The notes beneath the pieces are model-generated. The model searched no databases. It was not told the DNA's origin and worked only from the letters and a program-made list of their open reading frames with translations. 64,000 nucleotides of DNA from Polyangiaceae bacterium (lineage in GTDB: Bacteria > Myxococcota_A > Polyangia > Polyangiales > Polyangiaceae), in NCBI GenBank assembly GCA_044376115.1, contig JBILLK010000008.1, positions 128,001 through 192,000 on the forward strand, read 5' to 3'. Of the stretch, positions 20,082 through 29,133 are shown one piece after another; position 1 is the first letter of the stretch, and every line of letters begins with the position of its first letter. The position numbers and the translations under genes are program-made.

Positions 20082-20942
20082 ATGAACGGCCCGATCGAAG
20101 CCAAGCTGGACGCGCTCGTCCGCTACCTCGCCGATCTTTCGAGTGTGCTGGTCTGCTTCTCCGGCGGTGTAGACAGCGCCTTTCTCCTGGCCGCATGTCA
20201 GCGGGCCCCGGGCTTGCGCGCCATTGGGATGACCGCAGTTTCACCCAGTTTGCACCCGGCTGAGCTCGAGGCGGCCAGCGCCTTTGCGGCCTCCATCGCC
20301 GCCGATCATCGCGTCGTCGAGTCGCAGGAGATCGAGGTGGAGGGCTATCAAGCCAACGGCACCGATCGCTGCTTCTACTGCAAGACCGAGCTTTACGAGA
20401 TCGCCCAGGTCAAGCGCGCCGAGTGGAACGTCGAGCACATCCTCAACGGCACCAACATCGATGATCTGGGGGATTATCGGCCTGGCCTCGAGGCGGCGAA
20501 ACAAAAGGGCGTAAAGAGCCCGCTGGTCGAGCTTGGCTTCAACAAGGCGGAGGTGCGTGAAGGCGCGAAGCTGCTCGGCCTCGAGCTGTGGGACAAGCCT
20601 GCCGCCGCGTGTCTATCGAGCCGGATCGCCTTCGGTACGCGCGTTACCCGCGAGCGGCTCGCACGCGTTGCTGCTCTCGAGAGCACCTTGGCCGAACTCG
20701 GCTTTCGTGGGCATCGCGTGCGGTATCACCCTGCTGGGCCCAACGGGGATCAAGCCTTGGCGCGCATCGAGCTTCCTGCCGCGGATCTCGCGCGCGCCTT
20801 CACGCCAGAGGTGCGCGAGGCCATCCTCAGCGCCGCCAACAAGGCCGATTTTTTATACGTGACCGTGGATCTGGCCGGCTACCGCATGGGCAGTCACAAC
20901 GCCGCCATCAGCCACAAGCGCTCACTCAACGTCGTGCAGTGA
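20082..20942 (+). CDS. larE: LarE-family ATP-dependent sulfur transferase
   Basis: PP-loop SGGVDS, RCFYCK, DDLGDYRPG, WDKPAAACLSSRI. Confidence 0.92.
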   Translation: MNGPIEAKLDALVRYLADLSSVLVCFSGGVDSAFLLAACQRAPGLRAIGMTAVSPSLHPAELEAASAFAASIAADHRVVESQEIEVEGYQANGTDRCFYCKTELYEIAQVKRAEWNVEHILNGTNIDDLGDYRPGLEAAKQKGVKSPLVELGFNKAEVREGAKLLGLELWDKPAAACLSSRIAFGTRVTRERLARVAALESTLAELGFRGHRVRYHPAGPNGDQALARIELPAADLARAFTPEVREAILSAANKADFLYVTVDLAGYRMGSHNAAISHKRSLNVVQ

Positions 20943-20986
20943 CGTGTGCGAGCTAGCGACTGCCCAGCGGTCTGCTAAGCAGCAGC

Positions 20987-21760
20987 GTGCCTGAAGGACA
21001 CACGATTCACCGGCTCGCACGCGACCTCAACGGCGACCTCGCTGGAGCCGTATTGCGCGTGTCGTCACCTCAAGGTCGCGTCCCCACCGAGACGGTGGAT
21101 GGCGCTCGCTTCGAGCGCGCGGAGGCCGTCGGCAAGCACCTCTTCCTGCATTTCCCCGACGCCTGTTTGCACGTGCATCTCGGGCTCTTCGGGCGCTTCC
21201 GCCGACGAAAGCTGAACGGCGCGCCGCCGCGAGACACGATTCGGCTGCGGCTCGAGGGGCCGCGTTACGCGTGGGAGCTCAGCGGAGCCACCGCCAGCGA
21301 TTGGGTGGACGAGCAGGACATCAGCGCGCTGCTCGAGCGAATCGGGCCCGACCCACTGTCTCCGCGGGCCAAGCCCAAGCTCGCCTGGGAGAGGATTCAC
21401 CGCTCCAAACGCCCTCTAGCGGCGCTGCTGCTGGATCAACGCGTGCTCTCCGGCGTCGGCAATGTCTACCGCGCGGAGATTCTGCATCTGCTGAGCCTCC
21501 ACCCGGAGCTCCCCGGAAGCGAGCTACCCCGAGCCACCTTTCAGAAGCTTTGGCGGCTCACCAAGAAGCTGCTGGCCCGCGGCGTCGAGGAAAAGACCAT
21601 CCGCACGGTGGATAAGCCAAGCAATCGCACGAAGCGCGAGGCGCTATACGTCTACGGTCGAAACAGCTGTCGCAGCTGCCAAGGCCGAGTCGTACGCGTC
21701 ACGCTCGGCCAACGCGATCTGCACTATTGCCCAACGTGTCAACCGCGCACGAGCCGATGA
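20987..21760 (+). CDS. Fpg/Nei family DNA glycosylase/AP lyase
   Basis: N-terminal PEGHT, GKHLF, HLG, H2TH LLDQ..SGVGNVY, C-terminal CRSC...CPTCQ zinc finger. Confidence 0.95.
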   Translation: MPEGHTIHRLARDLNGDLAGAVLRVSSPQGRVPTETVDGARFERAEAVGKHLFLHFPDACLHVHLGLFGRFRRRKLNGAPPRDTIRLRLEGPRYAWELSGATASDWVDEQDISALLERIGPDPLSPRAKPKLAWERIHRSKRPLAALLLDQRVLSGVGNVYRAEILHLLSLHPELPGSELPRATFQKLWRLTKKLLARGVEEKTIRTVDKPSNRTKREALYVYGRNSCRSCQGRVVRVTLGQRDLHYCPTCQPRTSR

Positions 21761-21788
21761 AAGCCGTGTGCGCGGGGTTTGCGCACGC

Positions 21789-23435
21789 TCAGGTTGCTAC
21801 GCGGTTGCCTTGAAGATCCGGACGCGCGCTCCACAGCGCGTCACTCATGAACGGCCGGCGCGTCTCCCCGGTAACCACCATCAAGAGCTTGGTGATCTTG
21901 AGGTTGTCTGCGTCGGTCACCAACAGAATCAGAAGCTCGCGGATGAAGTTGCTGTTGAGCGTAATGTCGTTGTCGGTTCCCACGCCGAGCTCCACGCCCT
22001 TCTTCTCCCACCACGTAAACGGGTGAGCTTTGTAGGTCGCCAGGCTCTGCGTCAGCTTCACGTTCGAGGTGGGCAAGCTCACGAGGGAGACGTTCTTGTT
22101 GATCATGCGATTGAGCACGTCATGCTGGTAGTGCTCGACCTCACGCGCGGCGTGGAACTTCACGGTGATGAAGTTGCGGATCTCGTCGGCCGTGAGCGCT
22201 TCACCGCGCACCAACTTGTCGAGCAGGTCACGCCGGTCACGCCAATCCATATCGTCGATCTCGCGGAACTCAGGGCTCTCCTTGGGAACAGGCTGACGCT
22301 TGGTGTTGAGCGCCATCACGCGCTCGAACACCATATGGAAGTAGTAATTGGGGTTCACGCCCAAACTCACGCCGTGTTCCAACGTGTCGATGTGCCAAAT
22401 GTTCATCGCATTATCGACAGCCTGGACGCCGCGACGCAGGCAGGACCAGGTCTCGCCGTGATGCGAGCGGATATGGAAGCCGCGGCTCGCTAACTTGCGC
22501 ATGCCTGGGCGCATCTCTTCAAAGTGCGCCTTGCGATAGTGATGTCGCTCGTCGCCGACGGTATCGACGTCGGTCATCTTGTCGCGCAAGAAGGGGTACT
22601 TTGCAATCAACGCCAAGATCTCTTCAGCGTGATGCATGAACGAGGCGCCCTTGTTTTCGTAGCGCTCAGCGTCGAAGAAGTCGGACTCTTTGCGAAAGCT
22701 CGGAGAGAGCACATAGTCGAAGTCGGCGTGCTCGCGACGAAAGGACTCGAAGCCTTCATACAGCCCGAGCACGACGTCCTCCGGCTCCACCTCGGGGCCG
22801 GGCAACGCGTCCGCGGCGCTCTTGGTCGCGCGGGAGAAGGTGAACTTCAACCGCACCCGGCCGATGTTGTAATTGTGATAGAGGCGATGGGCCATGTGAT
22901 AGGCGGCATCGCAGTGCGCTTGCTTATCCACCAATACGAGCTTGGCTAGGGTCAGCACCTGCAAGTAGCGCGAGAAGCCCATGCCGTCCTGCAGGCGCAA
23001 CAGGCGATCCACGTCGGCCTCGTTGTTGATGGGCAGCGCCTCTTCTCCGTACGCCTCGCGGATCTTGGCTTCATAGACCGCTCGACTTGGCCCTTCCAGG
23101 AGCGCCTGCAGCCGCGGGTAGACGAAGTCCGCCGCGAGCGAGCCGGTTAGATGGATATGCTCCTCACGAAAGCGCAACGGAAACGCGCGAAAGATCCCAC
23201 CGAGCGTCTGCGCGACTTCATGCGCCAACAGGCTGCGAATGTCCGAGGGATCACGGTGGTAGCTATAGACGAGCTCTTGAAACTCACGCAGCGAAGCGGC
23301 CACCTCCGGGCGCTCCTCGACCAACATCGAGCGCAGGGCTAGATCCAGCGTATTGGCCAGCGTTACGCCGTTGGTTTCGCTGATGAGCTTGAGCAGTACA
23401 TGTCCGAGAGGCGATGCGTACGGATCGGGAAACAC
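21789..23435 (-). CDS. Adenosine/AMP deaminase-like metallo-amidohydrolase
   Basis: EEHIHLTGS (HxH), SHHGE, LEHG, PTSN and GTDND motifs in ADA order. Confidence 0.78.
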   Translation of the reverse strand: MFPDPYASPLGHVLLKLISETNGVTLANTLDLALRSMLVEERPEVAASLREFQELVYSYHRDPSDIRSLLAHEVAQTLGGIFRAFPLRFREEHIHLTGSLAADFVYPRLQALLEGPSRAVYEAKIREAYGEEALPINNEADVDRLLRLQDGMGFSRYLQVLTLAKLVLVDKQAHCDAAYHMAHRLYHNYNIGRVRLKFTFSRATKSAADALPGPEVEPEDVVLGLYEGFESFRREHADFDYVLSPSFRKESDFFDAERYENKGASFMHHAEEILALIAKYPFLRDKMTDVDTVGDERHHYRKAHFEEMRPGMRKLASRGFHIRSHHGETWSCLRRGVQAVDNAMNIWHIDTLEHGVSLGVNPNYYFHMVFERVMALNTKRQPVPKESPEFREIDDMDWRDRRDLLDKLVRGEALTADEIRNFITVKFHAAREVEHYQHDVLNRMINKNVSLVSLPTSNVKLTQSLATYKAHPFTWWEKKGVELGVGTDNDITLNSNFIRELLILLVTDADNLKITKLLMVVTGETRRPFMSDALWSARPDLQGNRVAT

Positions 23436-23485
23436 AAGCCACCTTACCAGCCTGCGTCGCGACCTGCTCGAAGAGCTGCGTTGGG

Positions 23486-23719
23486 CTAGGTTCCCTCGGC
23501 GGGAAGCAGCAAGCCTGCGATGTCACGTTGAAAGCTGATACGCGTCCCAGCGCGCAGCCAGAGCGGCTGGCTCTCCACGTTGAAGGTCAGGTTGGCGTTG
23601 GGTTCGTGCACGTAGATTGCGCCTCCGTGATTCACCACGGCGACTTTGTTGGGCGGGACTTGCCACTGTTGTTGGTGAGCGGGGACACAGAACGGCTCAG
23701 CACGCGGATGCCAGAACAT
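23486..23719 (-). CDS. Small hypothetical protein (77 aa)
   Basis: ATG at 23719 preceded by GGAGG; MFWHPRAEPFCVP...LLLPAEGT. This is the C-terminal part of track ORF 23486..24367. Confidence 0.55.
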   Translation of the reverse strand: MFWHPRAEPFCVPAHQQQWQVPPNKVAVVNHGGAIYVHEPNANLTFNVESQPLWLRAGTRISFQRDIAGLLLPAEGT

Positions 23720-23836
23720 GATGCAACCTCCGCGCGTAGCGTAACGTGACAGTGCCGCAATCGCAGCCGCTCCGTTATCTGCGCTAATGCGGCAGAGACC
23801 CCCCTGCTGGGAGAGCGAGCTGGTAGGGTGCACGGC

Positions 23837-25024
23837 ATGGTATCGAGACGCGCTTGGATCATCGGAGCGACGCTCGGAGTTGCTGGAGCGGGCTCTGCGT
23901 TTGGCGTGTACAAACTCACGCGTAAAACCCCCGAATCGGTCTTGGTCGAGAGCCGCGAGCTGCGTCAAACCGTGGTGAGCAGCGGTCAAGTGATGCCGCC
24001 GGCGGAGGTCAGCCTGGAGAGCCTGATCACCAGCAACATCGTCGAGATCGCCAAACGAGAGGGCGATGAGGTCAAGGCAGGAGAGCTGCTCTTGCGCCTC
24101 GATGACCGTGAGCTCAACGCTGCGATCGCCCAGGCGGAGGCGGCGGTGGAGCAGGCCAAAGCTGGTAAGAGCAGCATCAAGGCGACCACCCTGCCGCAGA
24201 CCTTGGAGACGCTCAGCCAAATCCGAGCCAATCTCGGGCAGGCGCGCGCTGAGCTCGTGCGCAACAAGAAGCTGTTCGAGGCGGGAGTGATCACCAAGAG
24301 CGCGCTCGAGTCGGCAGACAACGCCGTGCGCATCTACGAGAGCCAAGAGAAGGCCGCCGATCTCCAAGTTCGCTCAGCTTCGCCTTCGGGCTCGAGCAGC
24401 CTCACCGCCTCAGCGGCGATCGCCGTGGCAGAAGCACAGCTGGCGGCAGCCAAAGTGACGCGCGAGCGCACTCGCATCCTGGCTCCGATGGACGGCGTGA
24501 TCACCTCACGCTTCGTCGAGCTCGGGGAGACGGTGCGCCCCGGGCTTGCGCTGCTGGTGCTTACCGCGCGAGGGCGTACCCGCATCCTGCTCGAGCCCGA
24601 CGAGCGCAACCTGGCCCTGCTCGCAAAAGGGCAACGCGCGGTGGTCTCCGCCGAGGCCTTCCCCAGTGAGTCGTTCGAGGCGACGCTCGGCTACATCGCG
24701 CCCGCGGTGAACGGCGAACGCGGGACGATCGAAGTGCGGCTCGACGTGACCGACCCGCCAGCCTACCTGCGACCCAACATGACGGTCTCGGTCGAGCTGC
24801 AGATCCAATCGCGGCAGAACGCCCTTTCTTTGCCGCTGTCGGCGGTGCAAGACATCAAGAGTACGCCGTGGGTGGGCGTGCTCGACGCACGCGGCAAAGC
24901 AACTCGCCGCGAGATTCGACTGGGCCTGCGTGGTGACGAGCGGGCAGAGATCCTCGAGGGGCTCGAAGCCGGAGAGCGCGTCGTCTACGACCCCGCGGCG
25001 GCCACCGTACAGGCTGGGCGCTGA
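23837..25024 (+). CDS. Efflux membrane fusion (periplasmic adaptor) protein, MacA/HlyD-like
   Basis: EGDEVKAGELLLRLDD lipoyl motif, coiled coil, APMDGVI, LRPNM, GLEAGERV. Confidence 0.92.
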   Translation: MVSRRAWIIGATLGVAGAGSAFGVYKLTRKTPESVLVESRELRQTVVSSGQVMPPAEVSLESLITSNIVEIAKREGDEVKAGELLLRLDDRELNAAIAQAEAAVEQAKAGKSSIKATTLPQTLETLSQIRANLGQARAELVRNKKLFEAGVITKSALESADNAVRIYESQEKAADLQVRSASPSGSSSLTASAAIAVAEAQLAAAKVTRERTRILAPMDGVITSRFVELGETVRPGLALLVLTARGRTRILLEPDERNLALLAKGQRAVVSAEAFPSESFEATLGYIAPAVNGERGTIEVRLDVTDPPAYLRPNMTVSVELQIQSRQNALSLPLSAVQDIKSTPWVGVLDARGKATRREIRLGLRGDERAEILEGLEAGERVVYDPAAATVQAGR

Positions 25025-25025
25025 T

Positions 25026-26246
25026 ATGCCGTTAGCCTGGTTTATCGCTTTACGCTTCATGTGGGAGCAGCGCTCGCAGAACCTGCTCATGGCCTCGGGC
25101 GTCGGCGTCGGCGTCGGCGTACTGGTGTTCATCTCGGCGTTGATCGGAGGGCTGCAGATATCGTTGATTGAGCGCACGACCGGCTCACAAGCCCACGTGG
25201 TGGTTACGCCTGTTGAGCAGGAAGGCCGCCCACTGCTGAGCGATACCGACACAACCACCCATATCCGCCGGGTCGAGCGCCCGGTACAGCGCATTCAGAG
25301 CATCGCCGATTGGCGCAAACTCGATCGCAACCTCAGCTCGGTAAGCGGCGTCGTTGCCTCCGCCCCGATCGCCAGCGGCCCCGCGTTGGCCGTACGCGGT
25401 GCGACAGAACAAGCGGTGCTCGTGCTCGGAGCCGACGCGGATCGGCTCGAGACGGTGATACCTATCAACAAGAACCTCAAGCAGGGTAACTACACGACGA
25501 ACGGCACCGACGTCGTACTCGGTATCGATCTAGCGAAGGACCTCGGCGTGGGTATCGGGGACCGCGTACGCCTGCGCACCGCTCGCGGGGAAGGGCAGAT
25601 CTTCATCGTGCGCGGCCTGGTCGACATGGGCAATCAGGGTCTGAATAAGACCTGGGCGCTGATGAGCCTGCGGAATGCGCAAACCATGCTCGGCTTGGGG
25701 GGAGCGGTGACTTCCATCTTGGTGCGCGTGAAAGACATCTATGAAGCTGACGTCGCCGCCGAACGCATCGCTAAACTCACAGGGCTGACGGCGCGCAGTT
25801 GGATGCAGAGCAACGCTCAGCTGCTCACTGCGCTCAAGTCGCAGACGGCCTCGACCACGATGATTCGCTTCTTCGTCATTGTCAGCGTCGCGATCGGCAT
25901 TGCCAGCGTGCTGGTGGTATCGGTGATTCAACGCTCCAAAGAGATCGGCATCCTGCGTGCGATGGGCACGTCGCGCGGCGGCATTCTGCGAATGTTCCTG
26001 ATCCAAGGTGCCCTGGTCGGAGTGCTGGGCAGCGTGCTCGGCTGCGCGATGGGCGCTGGCCTCACCTTCCTCTTCCGTATCGCGGTCTCCAACGCCGACG
26101 GCACGCCCTTGTTCCCGTTTGCGCTCACGCCCAGCCTCTTTCTCGCCTCGTCGGGCATTGCGGTATTGGCAGGCGTAGTAGCCGCCATCATCCCAGCTCG
26201 CCGCGCGGCCCGGCTCGACCCAGCAGAGGCGATTCGTTATGGCTGA
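25026..26246 (+). CDS. ABC transporter permease (MacB/LolE/FtsX family)
   Basis: [13 protein letters not shown] and [15 protein letters not shown]; large periplasmic loop. Confidence 0.93.
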   Translation: MPLAWFIALRFMWEQRSQNLLMASGVGVGVGVLVFISALIGGLQISLIERTTGSQAHVVVTPVEQEGRPLLSDTDTTTHIRRVERPVQRIQSIADWRKLDRNLSSVSGVVASAPIASGPALAVRGATEQAVLVLGADADRLETVIPINKNLKQGNYTTNGTDVVLGIDLAKDLGVGIGDRVRLRTARGEGQIFIVRGLVDMGNQGLNKTWALMSLRNAQTMLGLGGAVTSILVRVKDIYEADVAAERIAKLTGLTARSWMQSNAQLLTALKSQTASTTMIRFFVIVSVAIGIASVLVVSVIQRSKEIGILRAMGTSRGGILRMFLIQGALVGVLGSVLGCAMGAGLTFLFRIAVSNADGTPLFPFALTPSLFLASSGIAVLAGVVAAIIPARRAARLDPAEAIRYG

Positions 26247-26994
26247 CCAGCAGGCCGCAACCTCGCCCCCTACCGAGGTCGTGCTCGAAATGCACGGCAT
26301 CACCAAGGACTTCGGCAAGGGCGCCGTGATCACTCGTGTGCTGCACGGTATTGATCTGACCGTGAGGGCTGGAGAGCTCGTAGCCATCATCGGCCCTTCC
26401 GGCAGCGGCAAGAGCACCCTGCTCAATATCCTCGGTCTGCTGATGCCGGCGACCTCGGGCTCGCTCAAAGTAAGCGGTGAAGATGTCGCGAGTAAGCAGG
26501 ACGCTGAGCTCACCCGTTTCCGCGGCAAGCACATCGGCTTCGTCTTTCAATTCCACCATTTGATCTCAGGCCTCACCGCCGCCGAGAACCTGATGGTGCC
26601 GCTGATCATCGCCAAAGGGCGCGCAACAGCGGATATGCGGGAGCGAGCGCGCGCCTCGCTCGAGGAGGTCGGGCTGGCCAGCAAGCTCGACTCGCGCCCT
26701 GGTCAAATGTCAGGCGGAGAACAACAACGCGTGGCCGTTGCGCGCGCGCTGATCGGCCACCCACCGCTGCTGCTCGCCGACGAGCCGACGGGTAACTTGG
26801 ATACCGAGAACTCGGAGAAGATCTTCGAGCTGATGCGACGCTACAATCGCGAGCGAAAAACGGCGGTCATCATCGTCACCCACGACCCGAGGATCGCCCA
26901 GCGCTGCGACCGTATCGTTGAAGTCGTAGACGGGCTCATCCGCTCGGACAAGCCGGTTCCAGCGGCGGCGCTGCCCAGCGAGGCCGTTAGATAA
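26239..26994 (+). CDS. ABC transporter ATP-binding protein (LolD/MacB-like)
   Basis: [30 protein letters not shown]. Confidence 0.95.
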   Translation: MADQQAATSPPTEVVLEMHGITKDFGKGAVITRVLHGIDLTVRAGELVAIIGPSGSGKSTLLNILGLLMPATSGSLKVSGEDVASKQDAELTRFRGKHIGFVFQFHHLISGLTAAENLMVPLIIAKGRATADMRERARASLEEVGLASKLDSRPGQMSGGEQQRVAVARALIGHPPLLLADEPTGNLDTENSEKIFELMRRYNRERKTAVIIVTHDPRIAQRCDRIVEVVDGLIRSDKPVPAAALPSEAVR

Positions 26995-27068
26995 AACCAA
27001 ACCTACAAGCTGGCTTGCGGGGACGCAAACACCTTTAAAGTCGTTCCAAAGCATGCTCTCTTCCGGGC

Positions 27069-28727
27069 ATGACCAAGCAGATCCTCGAGCACGTCTACGA
27101 CAAGGAAGCCTCCATCGGGGACAGCGTCTACTTGACCCAACCCATCGGGAACGGGGACGTCAAGGATTACACCTGGAAAGACGTCGTAGGCGAGTCTCGG
27201 CGCATGGCGGCCCACCTGCAAGGGATGGGCTTCGAGCCCGGGGATCGCATCGCCATCCTGTCGAAGAACTGCGCGCACTTCTTCATGGCCGAGCTGGCGA
27301 TCTGGATGGCGGGCTTTACCACGGTAGCCATCTTCCCCACCGAGGGCCCCGACACCATCAACTACGTACTCACGCACAGTGACGCCAAAGCGCTCTTCGT
27401 CGGCAAGCTGGACACCTGGAAAGAGCAGGAGACGGGCGTCCCCAGTGAAGTAAAGCGCATCGCCTTCCCGCTCGCCCCCAAGAACGACTTTGCGAAGTGG
27501 GACGACATCGTCAAAGAAAGCGCGCCGCTCGAGGGTCGCGTCAAGCGCAAGGGTGAAGACCTCGCGATGATCATTTACACCTCCGGATCGACAGGCCGAC
27601 CGAAGGGCGTAATGCACAATTTTGACCGCATCTCCTATGCGGCGGAAGGCTTCGTCAAAGCGATCAAGATCACCAATGAAGATCGCGTCCTGTCCTACTT
27701 GCCGTTGGCGCACGTGTTTGAACGGGCGGCTGTGCAATGCACCACCCTCGTCGGTGGTGGGCGCGTCTTCTTCGCCGAGTCACTCGAGACGTTCGTCAAA
27801 GACATCCAGCGCGCTCAGCCGACCGTGTTCATCTCGGTACCGCGCTTGTGGCTGAAGTTCCAACAAGGCGTCTTCAAGAAGATGCCCCCCAAGAAGCTCG
27901 ATCTGTACCTGAAGATCCCCATCTTCAATAAGATCGTCGCCAAGAAGGTCCTCACCGGTCTCGGCCTGCAACATGTCCGCCTGGCCGCTAGCGGCTCGGC
28001 GCCGATCCCGGCTGAGCTGATTGCCTGGTACCGCAAGGTCGGACTCAACTTGCTCGAGGGCTACGCCATGAGCGAGGACTTTGCCTACTCGCATTTGTCG
28101 ACTCCCGAGCACGCACAGCCTGGCTACGTTGGTATCCCGCTGCCCGGGGTCGATTGCAAACTATCCCCCGAGGGAGAGATCCTCATCAAGTCCCCGGCTC
28201 GCCTGGTTGGTTACTTCAAGCAACCCGAGCTTGACGCTGAGATCTTCACCGAGGACGGCTTCTTCCGCACCGGGGACAAAGGGGAGCGCACCTCTGACGG
28301 CATGCTCAAGCTGACGGGCCGCGTGAAAGAGCTGTTCAAGACGGCGAAGGGCAAGTACGTAGCGCCTGCCCCGATCGAGAACATGCTCAATGAGCACCCG
28401 CTGGTCGAGATGTCCTGTGTCTCTGGCGTGGGTCAGCCCGCCGCCTATGCGCTATTGGTGTTAGCGGAGGACATCCGCCCCAAGCTCAAGGACCCGGAAA
28501 CCCGCAGCACGGTCGAGCGCGAGCTTGCGCCATTGCTCGAGCAGATCAACGCCAGGGTGTCCGGCTACGAACAGCTGCAGATGCTGGTCATCGCAGACAC
28601 TCCCTGGTCGATCGAGAACGGGATGCTCACCCCTACCATGAAGATCAAGCGGTCCAAGATTGAAGACCAGGTGAAAGACAAGCTCGAGAGCTGGTACGGA
28701 AGCAAGGGCCCGGTGGTTTGGGGCTAA
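27069..28727 (+). CDS. Long-chain fatty acyl-CoA ligase (AMP-binding)
   Basis: YTSGSTGRPKG, LPLAHVFER, EGYAMSE, FRTGD, GRVKELFK. Confidence 0.93.
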   Translation: MTKQILEHVYDKEASIGDSVYLTQPIGNGDVKDYTWKDVVGESRRMAAHLQGMGFEPGDRIAILSKNCAHFFMAELAIWMAGFTTVAIFPTEGPDTINYVLTHSDAKALFVGKLDTWKEQETGVPSEVKRIAFPLAPKNDFAKWDDIVKESAPLEGRVKRKGEDLAMIIYTSGSTGRPKGVMHNFDRISYAAEGFVKAIKITNEDRVLSYLPLAHVFERAAVQCTTLVGGGRVFFAESLETFVKDIQRAQPTVFISVPRLWLKFQQGVFKKMPPKKLDLYLKIPIFNKIVAKKVLTGLGLQHVRLAASGSAPIPAELIAWYRKVGLNLLEGYAMSEDFAYSHLSTPEHAQPGYVGIPLPGVDCKLSPEGEILIKSPARLVGYFKQPELDAEIFTEDGFFRTGDKGERTSDGMLKLTGRVKELFKTAKGKYVAPAPIENMLNEHPLVEMSCVSGVGQPAAYALLVLAEDIRPKLKDPETRSTVERELAPLLEQINARVSGYEQLQMLVIADTPWSIENGMLTPTMKIKRSKIEDQVKDKLESWYGSKGPVVWG

Positions 28728-28740
28728 GCCCGAGAAGTAG

Positions 28741-29007
28741 CGCGGTGAGCCCGATTCCGCCGAAGGCGGATGCAGCAAACATAATGACTCGTGCCCTCTT
28801 CGAGAAAATCGGCCGAAGGCCCCGTTGACCTTCGACGTTGGCACGAGTCATTCCGCCGAAGGCGGATGCAGCAAACAAAATGACTCGTGCCGTCTTCGAG
28901 AAAAACGGCCGAAGGCCCCTTTGGTCCTTTGGGTTGGCACGAGTCATTCGCAACACGGCATCCAAGCGGATGGAGAGCCGCCCGTTCTTACATTGAACTA
29001 TCACCGC
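28741..29007 (-). ncRNA. tRNA-like element 2 (Glu/Asp-like, degenerate), interrupted in the T-loop by a 192-bp repeat
   Basis: Removing 28757-28948 gives 75 nt: GCGGTGA TA GTTC AATGTAA GAAC G GGCGG CTCTCCAT CCGCT TGGAT GCCGTGTTGCGAATCGGGC TCACCGC G. Perfect 7-bp acceptor and 4-bp D stems. Confidence 0.7.
28754..28949. repeat. Two tandem 96-bp REP/BIME-like units
   Basis: ATTC recurs at 28754, 28850 and 28946. Each unit has TCCGCC-GAA-GGCGGA, a 13-bp inverted repeat AATGACTCGTGCC...GGCACGAGTCATT and an inner GGCC-GAA-GGCC. Confidence 0.9.
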
Positions 29008-29009
29008 AG

Positions 29010-29083
29010 TCTTGGGAGCCGGCTTTGCACACGGCGGCCTCGCGGTCCCGAGCCGCGCGCTCTTTCTACTGAGCTATCCCAAG
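29010..29083 (-). tRNA. Non-canonical tRNA-Pro(CGG)-like RNA (element 1)
   Basis: CTTGGGA TA GCTC AGTAGAAA GAGC G CGCGG CTCGGGA CCGCG AGGCC GCCG(T)G TGCAAAG CCGGC TCCCAAG A. Full cloverleaf with anticodon CGG, C1-G72 and A73; lacks D-loop GG, TTC and an encoded CCA. Confidence 0.78.
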
Positions 29084-29087
29084 GTGA

Positions 29088-29126
29088 CCGGAGACGCGTT
29101 TGGCAGCAACGCCAAGCGCGTCCCGG
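29088..29126 (-). other. Long GC-rich hairpin between the CDS stop and the tRNA-like RNA
   Basis: CCGG-GACGCG-CTTGGC-GTTGCT-GCCAAA-CGCGTC-T-CCGG; no U-tract after it. Confidence 0.6.
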
Positions 29127-29133
29127 GAAAGGG

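Noticed and set aside
21789..23435. RADAR (RdrB) or CRISPR-linked deaminase defence system
   Set aside because: No neighbouring RdrA-like ATPase, CARF domain or other defence genes.
28754..28949. Possible CRISPR array
   Set aside because: Only two 96-bp units, with homologous rather than unique spacers, and no cas genes.
28741..29083. YrlA-type Y RNA or tmRNA
   Set aside because: The arms are in canonical tRNA order with an anticodon arm, not the permuted YrlA layout. There is no Ro60/TROVE gene in the window and no tag ORF or CCA end. Not excluded without an Infernal search.
29010..29083. tRNA as an integration site for a prophage or island
   Set aside because: No integrase, and I saw no duplicated tRNA 3' end elsewhere in the window.
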